A DNA stretch of 64,000 nucleotides from NCBI GenBank assembly GCA_048498075.1, contig JBEHYR010000007.1, forward strand, positions 39,949-103,948, in the 5' to 3' direction. Both the position numbers and the translations under genes were made by a program. Positions within the stretch are counted from its first letter, which is position 1. The number at the start of each line of letters is the position of its first letter. Source of the stretch: Verrucomicrobiota bacterium (GTDB taxonomy: Bacteria > Verrucomicrobiota > Verrucomicrobiia > Opitutales > Opitutaceae). The notes under the pieces are model-generated. The model had not been told where the DNA came from, ran no database searches, and saw only the letters and a list, made by a program, of their open reading frames with translations. Positions 29,879-38,309 of this stretch are shown here, one piece after another.

Positions 29879-30538
29879 ATGCTCTCCGCCTTCCTCTCCC
29901 GCGTTCGTCTCCTCGTCACCGTTGGCCTCGCCGGTTTGTCTCTGGCCTCAGTCGCTGCCCCCACTGCCGCCGCCGCTGCTTCCGGATTCAAGGAAAATTC
30001 GAAGGCCGACAAACCCCAGTTCATCTACAAACTCACCGTCACGGACCGTATCCGCATCTCCATTTTCCAGGAGGACGATCTCAACGAAATCGTCCGCGTC
30101 GATGCCCGCGGCAACGTGAACCTCAAGCTCGTCGGCGATCTGCCCATCGCCGGCCTCACTGTGAACGACGCGCAACGCGCCATCGAGAAAGCGTACCGCG
30201 AGGGCCGCTTCCTCCGCAACCCGCAGGTCACGATCTCGATCGAGGACTACGCGCCTCGCGAAGTCACCATCCAGGGCCAGGTGAAGGCGCCCGGCCGCTA
30301 TCTCCTCCCCGTCGAATCCACCTTCTCCGTCATCGAACTCGTCACGAAATCCGGCGGTCTCACCGATATCGCCAAAGGCACGAACGTCGTCATCACGCGC
30401 ATCGCCGCCGATGGTAAAAAAATCACGGTCATCGTCGACGTCGACGCCGTGATCCGCGGCAAAAAAGGCGCAAATTCAGAAACCAATTACCTTCTCGAAC
30501 CGGGCGACATCGTCTACGTTCCCGAGCGCATCATCTGA
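29879..30538 (+). CDS. Short OPX (Wza-like) polysaccharide export protein
   Basis: YKLTVTDRIRISIF, VDARGNVNLKLVG, NPQVTI, GQVKAPGRY, LLEPGDIVYVPERII; no C-terminal OM helix. Confidence 0.88.
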   Translation: MLSAFLSRVRLLVTVGLAGLSLASVAAPTAAAAASGFKENSKADKPQFIYKLTVTDRIRISIFQEDDLNEIVRVDARGNVNLKLVGDLPIAGLTVNDAQRAIEKAYREGRFLRNPQVTISIEDYAPREVTIQGQVKAPGRYLLPVESTFSVIELVTKSGGLTDIAKGTNVVITRIAADGKKITVIVDVDAVIRGKKGANSETNYLLEPGDIVYVPERII

Positions 30539-30543
30539 CGCCC

Positions 30544-32709
30544 ATGCCGACCGCCGAAATGTCCCCCAAATCCCCGCCGCCGGCCAACGCCAGCCGGGAG
30601 GACGAGATCGTCGAGCGTCGCACGCTGCGCGATTACTACATCATTCTTCGCGAGCGACTCTGGATCGCGCTGCCGCTCGCCCTCCTCGTGGCCGTGCCGA
30701 TGGGCTATTTCAAAGCCCGCGAGACCCCCATGTACGCCTCGACGGCCACGATGCAGTTCGAGAAACCCGAGACCGTCGTCACCTCCCAACTCGTCGTCGA
30801 TCCCACCGTCCGCAGCGACCTCGAACTCAACACCAACATCCAGATCCTCAACAGTGCGCGCCTCCGCACGAAGGTCGTCGAGTCCTTCACCCCCGAGGAA
30901 GTGAAGATTCTCCAGCGTCCCTTCCTCAAATCGCTTCCGCCCGGCTCCGCTCCCCCGCCCGCCGGCCTCGCGATCGGCAGCGTCTCCATCGAGCCGGCCC
31001 GCAACAGCCTTCTCATCAGCGTCACCGCGCGACACCCCGATCCGCAGGCCGCCGCCCTCGTCGCCAACCGCTACGTCTCGCAGTTCATGCTCTACCTCTT
31101 CGAGCATGTCGGCGGCATCAACGAGTCCGCCGTCGAGTTCCTGAAGACCCGTCGCGACGAACTCCAGAAGGAATCCGAAGAGGCCGACGCCAAGCTGCAA
31201 AACTACATGCGGCTGCACAACCTCATCTCCCTCGACAAGAGCAAGGACATCGTGAGCGACCGCCTGAAGACGATCAGCGGCGCTCTCACCAGCGCCCGCC
31301 TCGCCACGCTGAATTTCGCCAACCAGTACGCTCTCGTCGAAGCCTTCAAAAAGGGCAACCGCAACCTCGTCGAAATCCAATACATCGCGACGCACGGCAC
31401 GATTCCCTCCCTCACCGCCCAGCTCGCCAACCTCCTTCAGCAGCAATCCGTCCTCGCCGAACGCTACCTCGAGCGTCACCCGAAGATGGTCGACCTCGCC
31501 AACAACATCGCCGTCGTCCAGGACCAGCTCGCCAAGGCGCTCGATCTTGCTGTCGCCGATCTCTCGACCCGCCTCAACGAGGCCCGCGACACCGAGAAGA
31601 CGCTCCAGGACGAATTCGCCAAGGCCGAGAAAGACTCGATGGTACTCGGCGACGTCGGCGTCGAATTCAAATCCTTCGCCGAACAAGCCGATGTCGCGAA
31701 GGCCAACTACCGCGCGATCCTCGACCGCCTCAACCAGACGCAGACCACCAAGAGCCTGGAAAAAATCCCCCTCCACCCGCTCGATCCCGCCGTGCCCTCC
31801 GGCGCGCCCTACGCACCGAACATCCGTGCGATCACGCGCAGCTGCATCGGCGTCGGTGTGCTCGTCTTCGTCGGCGTCGCCGTCGGCCTCAGCTTCATCG
31901 ACGACCGCATCAAAAGCGCCTGGGACGTCGAATCGTTCATCGGCGCCAACCTCCTCGGCATCATCCCCGACCTCGCCTCGCTGAAGGACGACGAGAAATA
32001 TTCGCTCCTCCTCAACAACAAGCAGGTGCCCGGCGTCGAAGCCTTCCTCAGCGTTTACAGCTCGGTCAAAATCCACTCGAAGCTCGATTTTCCGAAGTCC
32101 GTCCTCGTCACCTCCACGATCCCCGGCGAAGGCAAGACCCTCATCTCCTGCAATCTCGCCGGCAGCTTCGCCCGCCACGGGAAACGCACGCTCCTCATCG
32201 ACTGCGATCTCCGCCGCCCGATGCTGCACCGCCATTTCAAGCAGCAGAACAACGCCGGCCTCATCACCTGGTTCGAAAACGGCGCCCCGCTCGACAACAA
32301 CCTCGCCACCAGCCCCGCGCTCGGCGTCATCCAGATCGGCGAAAATCTCTCGCTCCTCTGCTCCGGCGGCCGCTCGAAAAGCCCGACGGAAATCCTCGAA
32401 AGCCCCGTCTTCGGCCAGCTCCTCGAGAAGTTGAAACACGAATACGACCTCGTGATGATCGACTCGCCGCCCCTCGGCGCCGTCACCGACAGCCTGCTCA
32501 TCGCCGAGCGCACGGACGAAGTCATCTACGTCTGCCGCTTCAACCGCGCCTACCGGAAACACATTCGCCTCTACATGAAAGCGCTCCGCGGCGGGAAAAA
32601 CGAAGTCCTCGGCGTCGTCCTGAACGGCCTCTCGCCGCGCCGCATCGAGTACTACTCGAACTACCGCTACTACCGCAGCTATAAGAAATATTACGGCTCG
32701 CAAAGCTGA
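30544..32709 (+). CDS. Wzc-like polysaccharide co-polymerase / BY-kinase
   Basis: Two TMs around a coiled coil; HPKM; STIPGEGKT; IDCDLRRP; IDSPP; C-terminal Tyr cluster YYSNYRYYRSYKKYY. Confidence 0.93.
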   Translation: MPTAEMSPKSPPPANASREDEIVERRTLRDYYIILRERLWIALPLALLVAVPMGYFKARETPMYASTATMQFEKPETVVTSQLVVDPTVRSDLELNTNIQILNSARLRTKVVESFTPEEVKILQRPFLKSLPPGSAPPPAGLAIGSVSIEPARNSLLISVTARHPDPQAAALVANRYVSQFMLYLFEHVGGINESAVEFLKTRRDELQKESEEADAKLQNYMRLHNLISLDKSKDIVSDRLKTISGALTSARLATLNFANQYALVEAFKKGNRNLVEIQYIATHGTIPSLTAQLANLLQQQSVLAERYLERHPKMVDLANNIAVVQDQLAKALDLAVADLSTRLNEARDTEKTLQDEFAKAEKDSMVLGDVGVEFKSFAEQADVAKANYRAILDRLNQTQTTKSLEKIPLHPLDPAVPSGAPYAPNIRAITRSCIGVGVLVFVGVAVGLSFIDDRIKSAWDVESFIGANLLGIIPDLASLKDDEKYSLLLNNKQVPGVEAFLSVYSSVKIHSKLDFPKSVLVTSTIPGEGKTLISCNLAGSFARHGKRTLLIDCDLRRPMLHRHFKQQNNAGLITWFENGAPLDNNLATSPALGVIQIGENLSLLCSGGRSKSPTEILESPVFGQLLEKLKHEYDLVMIDSPPLGAVTDSLLIAERTDEVIYVCRFNRAYRKHIRLYMKALRGGKNEVLGVVLNGLSPRRIEYYSNYRYYRSYKKYYGSQS

Positions 32710-32738
32710 CCGCCGCCCGGTCCGCGTCTCGCCCTCCC

Positions 32739-32769
32739 GGCCGCCTCGCCCAGGCGGCCTTCTTGTTTT
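32739..32769 (+). terminator. Probable intrinsic terminator after wzc
   Basis: GGCCGCCT-CGCCC-AGGCGGCC followed by TTCTTGTTTT. Confidence 0.55.
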
Positions 32770-32823
32770 CCAGCCGCGTTTTCAGCCTTCATTTTCCGCC
32801 GCTTCGCCGCTTCCATCTCCGCC

Positions 32824-33669
32824 GTGCCGCTTTCCGCGTTCCTCCCCTCCGGCTTCGATTCCCGCCGGCCCATCGCCCTCATCGCCGGCCAGGGAATTTA
32901 TCCGCAACTCGTCGCCGCCGCGATCCGCCGCGCCGGCATTCCCCTCGAGCTGATCGCCTTCGACGAGGAAACGCGCCCCGACCTCGTCGCCACGTTCGCC
33001 GAGTCCGATCGCCGCACGCTCCTCGTCGGCCAGCTCGGCCGCATGCTGAAAACACTCCGCGAATTCGACGCCGGCTACGCCCTCATGGCCGGCCAGATTT
33101 CGCCGCGCCGTCTCTTCAAAGGTCTGCACCCCGACCTGAAAGCCGTGCGCATCCTCGCCTCGCTCAAGCGCCGCAACGCCGAGACGATCTTCGGCGCCAT
33201 CGCCGCCGAGATCGAAAAAATAGGCGTCACGCTCCTCGACGCCCGCAGTTTCCTCGACGACCAGCTCGCCACCCCCGGTTGCATGACCGGCCGCTCCTTC
33301 CCGATCGAGCGCGATTACATCGACCACGGCGTGCACATCGCGCGCGAAAGCGCCCGCCTCGACATCGGCCAGGGCTGCGTCGTCCGTAAAGGCACCGTCC
33401 TCGCCGTCGAAGCCTACGAGGGCACCGACGAGATGCTCCGCCGCGCCGGCAGCTTCAAGACCGACGGCGCGCTCTTCGTGAAAACCGTGAAAGCCGCGCA
33501 GGATTATCGCTTCGACGTTCCCTGTTTCGGCCAGCGCACGCTCGAGGTGATGCGCGAAGCCGGCCTCACCGCCGCCGCCCTCGAGTCCGGTCGCGTCCTC
33601 ATCCTCGACCGCGCCGCCGTGCTCGCGCAGGCCCAGTCCTGGGGCATCAGTCTCCTCGGCTTCGAGTAA
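32824..33669 (+). CDS. lpxI: UDP-2,3-diacylglucosamine pyrophosphatase LpxI family
   Basis: LIAGQGIYP, DIGQGCVV, VLAVEAYEGTDEML, VKTVKAAQDYRFDVPCFG. Confidence 0.85.
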   Translation: MPLSAFLPSGFDSRRPIALIAGQGIYPQLVAAAIRRAGIPLELIAFDEETRPDLVATFAESDRRTLLVGQLGRMLKTLREFDAGYALMAGQISPRRLFKGLHPDLKAVRILASLKRRNAETIFGAIAAEIEKIGVTLLDARSFLDDQLATPGCMTGRSFPIERDYIDHGVHIARESARLDIGQGCVVRKGTVLAVEAYEGTDEMLRRAGSFKTDGALFVKTVKAAQDYRFDVPCFGQRTLEVMREAGLTAAALESGRVLILDRAAVLAQAQSWGISLLGFE

Positions 33670-33791
33670 CGCCCCGAAAAAATCCGCCTCGTCGCCGCGC
33701 CTTCGCGCGCGGCACTCACTCCATCCGCTGCCTCGCCTCACGCGCTCCCGCGCCGGCTTGCGCTTTCCCACCTTCACGCCATTTCTTTCGC

Positions 33792-34262
33792 ATGCCCACC
33801 GATGCCGTTTCCGCCACCGTAAAAGGCGTGATGCCCACCGCCAACGGCTGCGCCGTCTTCCTCGGCAACGACTCGAAAACCTTCGTGATTTACGTCGACC
33901 ATTCCGTCGGCAACGCGATCCAGATGACGTTGAACGGCGTGAAAAAAATGCGCCCGCTCACCCACGATCTCATCGGCAGCATCCTCCTCGGTCTCGGCGC
34001 GACGGTCGACCACGTGCTGATCAACGACGCCCGCGAAGGCACGTTTTTCGCCCGCATTCTTCTGCGCATGGAAAACGAACTCGGGAAAAAAATCATCGAG
34101 ATCGACGCCCGCCCCAGCGATTCGATCGTCCTCGCCCTCCAGCACAAGCGCCCCCTCTTGGTCGCTCGCGCCGTCATCGAGGGCGCCGAGGACATGACCG
34201 AAATTCTCGACCGCGTCCGCCAGCAGCAATCCGAGGAATCCGGCGAGGAAGAGCAGCCCTGA
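33792..34262 (+). CDS. Bifunctional nuclease family protein (DUF151)
   Basis: RPLTHDLI, GTFFARILL, IDARPSDSIVLAL. Confidence 0.9.
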   Translation: MPTDAVSATVKGVMPTANGCAVFLGNDSKTFVIYVDHSVGNAIQMTLNGVKKMRPLTHDLIGSILLGLGATVDHVLINDAREGTFFARILLRMENELGKKIIEIDARPSDSIVLALQHKRPLLVARAVIEGAEDMTEILDRVRQQQSEESGEEEQP

Positions 34263-34286
34263 TCGCGCCCGCGGGGCGCGAAAACA

Positions 34287-34383
34287 CCAAGCTCGAAGAT
34301 CCAAGCTCCAGGGAATTTCAAAAAAACAATTCTTCTCGGGCATTGGTGTTTCTCTGGAGCTTGGTGCTTGGATCTTGGAGCTT
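34287..34383. repeat. Inverted heptamer arrays (CCAAGCT)n ... (AGCTTGG)n
   Basis: Left arm CCAAGCT CGAAGAT CCAAGCT CCAGGGA; right arm TCTCTGG AGCTTGG TGCTTGG ATCTTGG AGCTT. Confidence 0.85.
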
Positions 34384-34393
34384 CCTTTCCTCA

Positions 34394-35500
34394 ATGCCCT
34401 CCGCCCTTCCCGCACCCCTCGTCCCCGGCCAGCCCCTCACCGCGCTCGCGCCGATGCAGGACGTCACCGACCTCGCCTTCATGCGCGTCATCGCGCACTA
34501 CGGCGCGCCGGACTATTTCTTTACCGAGTTCTTCCGCGTCCACGCGCAGTCGCGCCCCGAGAAACACATTCTCCGCTCGATCGACGAAAACACCACCGGC
34601 CGTCCCGTCTTCGCCCAGCTCATCGGCGAAGATCTCTTCCACCTCGCTCGCACCGCCGCGGAACTTCTCCGCCACCCCGTTGCCGGCATCGATCTCAATC
34701 TCGGCTGCCCCGCCCCGAAGGTTTACAAGAAAAACGTCGGCGGCGGCCTCCTCCGCGATCCCGCGCGCGTCGGTGAAATTCTCGCCACGCTCCGCGCCGC
34801 CACCCCCGGCCTGTTCACCGTGAAGATGCGCATCGGCTTTGACGATACGGCTCCGTTCGAGCGCGTCATGGAACTCGTCAACACCCACCACGTCGATCTC
34901 CTCAGCGTTCACGGCCGCACGGTGAAGGAGATGTATCGCAGCGACGTTCACTACGATTTCATCGCTCGCGCGGTCGCGCTCTCCCGCTGTCCCGTGCTGG
35001 CGAACGGCAACATCACCTCCGCCGCCCGCGCCGCCGCCGTCCTCGCCGACACCCGCGCCGCCGGTGTGATGATCGGCCGCCACGCCATCCGAAACCCGTG
35101 GATTTTTCGCCAGTGCCGCGAGCTTTTTGTAGGGCGGGGTCTCCCGACCCCGCCTCCGATTTTCCGTCCCACCCTCGCCGACGTCCGTGACTACATCGAC
35201 CGGCTCTATCGCGCCACGCAGTCTCCCGATTTCCCCGAACGCGCCCACGTGAACAAAATGAAGAAATACCTCAACTTCGTCGGCCAGGGCGTCGATCCCG
35301 ACGGCGCGTTCCTCCACGACATGCGACGCGCCGAAACCGAGCAGCAACTCTTCACGATCTGCGACCGCCACCTCGTCGCCGGTTCCGCCGCTTCGCGCGA
35401 ATTCTCTCTCGAGCCCTACCCCGGCGTGATCGCCCGCCCAAATTGCGAGACGCCCGACTCCACCGCCGACGGCTGCTCCCTGGAGTCCATCACGGCCTGA
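34394..35500 (+). CDS. dus: tRNA-dihydrouridine synthase family protein
   Basis: LAPMQDVTD, DLNLGCPAPKV, VKMRIG, VHGRT, ANGNI, MIGRHAIRNPWIF. Confidence 0.92.
   Translation: MPSALPAPLVPGQPLTALAPMQDVTDLAFMRVIAHYGAPDYFFTEFFRVHAQSRPEKHILRSIDENTTGRPVFAQLIGEDLFHLARTAAELLRHPVAGIDLNLGCPAPKVYKKNVGGGLLRDPARVGEILATLRAATPGLFTVKMRIGFDDTAPFERVMELVNTHHVDLLSVHGRTVKEMYRSDVHYDFIARAVALSRCPVLANGNITSAARAAAVLADTRAAGVMIGRHAIRNPWIFRQCRELFVGRGLPTPPPIFRPTLADVRDYIDRLYRATQSPDFPERAHVNKMKKYLNFVGQGVDPDGAFLHDMRRAETEQQLFTICDRHLVAGSAASREFSLEPYPGVIARPNCETPDSTADGCSLESITA
35129..35154 (+). repeat. GTAG REP hairpin inside the dus coding sequence
   Basis: GTAG-GGCGGGGTC-TCCC-GACCCCGCC; relatives at 13933-13958 and 56855-56877. 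Confidence 0.8.
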
Positions 35501-35510
35501 GCGGCGTTTT

Positions 35511-35558
35511 GCAGTGCGGCGGCTCCACGCCGCTTTCTCCGCGCCGGCTCGACGGCGC
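35511..35558. repeat. REP-like double-hairpin element between convergent dus and sufT
   Basis: GCAGTGCGGCGGCTCCACGCCGCTTT..., matching 13617-13667. Confidence 0.7.
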
Positions 35559-35563
35559 CCTTC

Positions 35564-36100
35564 TCACTCGAGCCCCAGCTTCAACCGTCCCTCCGGCGAA
35601 ATCATCTGCGGCGTCCATTGCGGATCCCACACGATGTGCACCTTCGCCGCCTCGACCTGCGGCAGCGCCGCGATCTTTTCGCGCGCGTCCTCCGCAATGA
35701 TCGGCCCCATGCCGCAGCCGGGCGCCGTCAGCGTCATCTTCACGTCGACGCGATAGCCGCCGGCTTCGGCCTTTTCCGAGACCAGATCGTAAACGAGCCC
35801 AAGATCGACGATGTTCACCGGAATTTCCGGGTCGAAGCAGGTTTTCAAAACATCCCATACCGCCTGCTCGCTGAACTCTCCTTCCGCGACCGCCTTCACC
35901 GCCTCGGCCGCCGGCGCATAACCTTCGATCGCGCTCGCGTCCGCGCTCGCGATCCGAAACAGCCCGCGATCCGTCCGCACCGTCGCGTTGCCGCCGAGGG
36001 TCTGCGTGATGTAAACCTCAGTCCCCGCCGGCAGCGTCACCGCATCGCCCGCCGGGATCGCCGTCGCCGCTGTGTCTCGATTCAAAAGATGATTGGACAT
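35564..36100 (-). CDS. sufT: Fe-S cluster assembly protein SufT (DUF59/PaaD-like)
   Basis: CFDPEIPVNIVDLGLVY, MTLTAPGCGMGP, VWDPQWTPQMIS. Confidence 0.9.
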   Translation of the reverse strand: MSNHLLNRDTAATAIPAGDAVTLPAGTEVYITQTLGGNATVRTDRGLFRIASADASAIEGYAPAAEAVKAVAEGEFSEQAVWDVLKTCFDPEIPVNIVDLGLVYDLVSEKAEAGGYRVDVKMTLTAPGCGMGPIIAEDAREKIAALPQVEAAKVHIVWDPQWTPQMISPEGRLKLGLE

Positions 36101-36148
36101 GATTTAATTTATTTCCTCTCCGAACTTATCTCCGCCGCTCTTCGGCTC

Positions 36149-38059
36149 TCACTCGATCCCGAGATTCAGCGGCAGTCGCGCATATAATCCCTGCGGATCG
36201 CTGAAACTCTTCAGCTCCCGCAACTCGGCTTCCATCCGCGCCTCCACCTGCCCGAGCACGCCGTGCGCGCGCGCATTGTTCGGCGCCATTTTCTCGATCA
36301 ATTCCTGCAACGCCTCGGCGAACTCTTTTTTCCGCGGATATTCCACGAGTCGATAGTTTCCACCCACACCCGCCTTCATCGCGGCGAACCGGATCGCCGA
36401 GTCGAGTCCGCCCATTTCGTCGACCAATCCGATCTTCTTCGCCTCTGCGCCCGACCAGACTCGTCCTTGCGCGATCTCCTCCACGAACTCGCGCTTCAAT
36501 TTCCGCCCTTCCGAAACTTTCGTGATGAACTGGTCGTAGCCCCAGTCGACCATCCGCTGAAAAACCGCCATCTCCTCCGGCGTCTTCGGCCGCGTGATCG
36601 TCAACGCATCCGCAAATTTCCCCGTCTTCACGCTGTCGAACGTGAAGCCGAAATCGTTCGCGAGCTTTTTCACGTCGAACTGGATTCCAAAAATTCCGAT
36701 CGAGCCCGTGATCGTCGTCGGCTCCGCAAAAATCCGGTCGCCGTACGCCGAGATCCAGTAGCCGCCCGACGCCGCATACGTGCCCATCGACACGATCACC
36801 GGCTTCACTTTTTTCGCGAGCCGCACTTCGCGCTGAATCGCCTCCGAGCCCGATGCCGAGCCGCCCGGGCTGTTCACCCGCAGCACGATCGCCTTCACGT
36901 CGTCGTCCAGCCGCAGCCGGCGCAGTTCGCGCGCGTAGCGCACGCCGCCGATTTCTCCCTGCTCGTCGCCTTCGCCGTCCACGATATCTCCCTCGGCATA
37001 GACGATCGCCACTTTCCCGCCGTGCCCCGTCGCCGGCGCGTCCGCGACTCCGCCCGCGCGGTTCTTCTCCTTCGTCTCCTTCGCGTCTTTCGTCTCCTTG
37101 GCCTCTTTCGCAGCTTTCGCCAATTTGACGTCTCTCTGTCTCGCCGGCTCCGGCGCGTCTTTGATCACCTTCGAATAATCCGCGATCGTCACCTGCTTGA
37201 AAGTCTCCCGCTCGCCCGCGCGCCCCGTGGCTTTTTTCAACTCGTCGATGATCTCGTCGCGATACGCGATCCGGTCGATGAGCTTCGCCGCCTTCGCCGC
37301 CTCCGGCCGGATCAACCCCTCCGCATCGACCGTCGTCTGGATCGCCTCCGGCTTGAGCTGCCGCGCCGTGGCGATGTCCGCCAGCAATCCGCCCCAGATA
37401 TCGCCGAGGAGTTTTTCCATCTGCTCGCGACTCTCCGGACTCATGTCTTTCCGCGTGAAGGGCTCGACGAAAGATTTGTATTTTCCCACGCGCGTCACCT
37501 GCACGCCGATGCCGTATTTCTCGAACGCCCCCGCCATGAACATCGGCTGCGTTGCGAGGCCGGGCATGATGATCAGCCCGTAAGGATCGAGCGCGAGGTC
37601 GGTCGCCGCCGACGCGAGATAATAGTTCTTCGTCGTCGCATAGGTTAGATATGCGCGCACCGGTTTCCCGGACGCCGCGAAATTCCTCAGCGCGCCCCGC
37701 ACTTCCTTCAACGTCGCATAACCCGGCCCATAACCCGCGAGCGCCGCGTCGCCTTTGATGAACACGCCCGCGATCCGGTCGTCCTTCGCCGCCGCCCGCA
37801 GTGTGCGCAACACCGTCCGCAATTGCAGTGTCCCCGCGCGATCCGCGCCCAGCGCCCGAAAATCCACCACCGGCGGCGCATCGGTGATCGCCGACGACAG
37901 GTCCAGCACCAGGTACGATCCGTGCTCCACGCTCACGCCCTTCTTCTCGCCCAGCGCCGCGATCGCGCCGATGCAGCCGATGAACAGCAACGTGCCGCCG
38001 AAGGTGAAGACAATCAGCGCGACCAGTGCGCCCAGCATCGACGTGAAGAAGTTTTTCAT
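36149..38059 (-). CDS. sppA: Signal peptide peptidase SppA (long form)
   Basis: GKYKSFVEPF, RVNSPGGSASGSE, SMGTYAASGGYWIS, TITGSIGIFG, QGRVWSG. Confidence 0.95.
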   Translation of the reverse strand: MKNFFTSMLGALVALIVFTFGGTLLFIGCIGAIAALGEKKGVSVEHGSYLVLDLSSAITDAPPVVDFRALGADRAGTLQLRTVLRTLRAAAKDDRIAGVFIKGDAALAGYGPGYATLKEVRGALRNFAASGKPVRAYLTYATTKNYYLASAATDLALDPYGLIIMPGLATQPMFMAGAFEKYGIGVQVTRVGKYKSFVEPFTRKDMSPESREQMEKLLGDIWGGLLADIATARQLKPEAIQTTVDAEGLIRPEAAKAAKLIDRIAYRDEIIDELKKATGRAGERETFKQVTIADYSKVIKDAPEPARQRDVKLAKAAKEAKETKDAKETKEKNRAGGVADAPATGHGGKVAIVYAEGDIVDGEGDEQGEIGGVRYARELRRLRLDDDVKAIVLRVNSPGGSASGSEAIQREVRLAKKVKPVIVSMGTYAASGGYWISAYGDRIFAEPTTITGSIGIFGIQFDVKKLANDFGFTFDSVKTGKFADALTITRPKTPEEMAVFQRMVDWGYDQFITKVSEGRKLKREFVEEIAQGRVWSGAEAKKIGLVDEMGGLDSAIRFAAMKAGVGGNYRLVEYPRKKEFAEALQELIEKMAPNNARAHGVLGQVEARMEAELRELKSFSDPQGLYARLPLNLGIE

Positions 38060-38145
38060 GGAAAGGCGCGCACGCTACCTGCTTTCCCCCGTTCCTCCAG
38101 TCGAATTCGGATCAGCGGTCGCAAAGCCGCGCCCAGTGGCTCCCG

Positions 38146-38240
38146 GGAGCGCGGGCGCCCCCGCCCGCACCATCGAGATTCGCGTATCGAGTTGAGAGTC
38201 GCACCCAAGTGCGCCTGTAGCCCGGCGCGGGAGCGCCGGG
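38146..38240. repeat. Two REP-like hairpins upstream of sppA
   Basis: GGAGC-GCGGGCG-CCCC-CGCCCGC (38146-38168) and GTAG-CCCGGCGC-GGGA-GCGCCGGG (38217-38240). Confidence 0.75.
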
Positions 38241-38309
38241 ATTCGCAGCCCGCCCCGCAGAACCCACGAACAGATTGCGTCGCGCCGACCCGCACCCATA
38301 TTCCCCACC

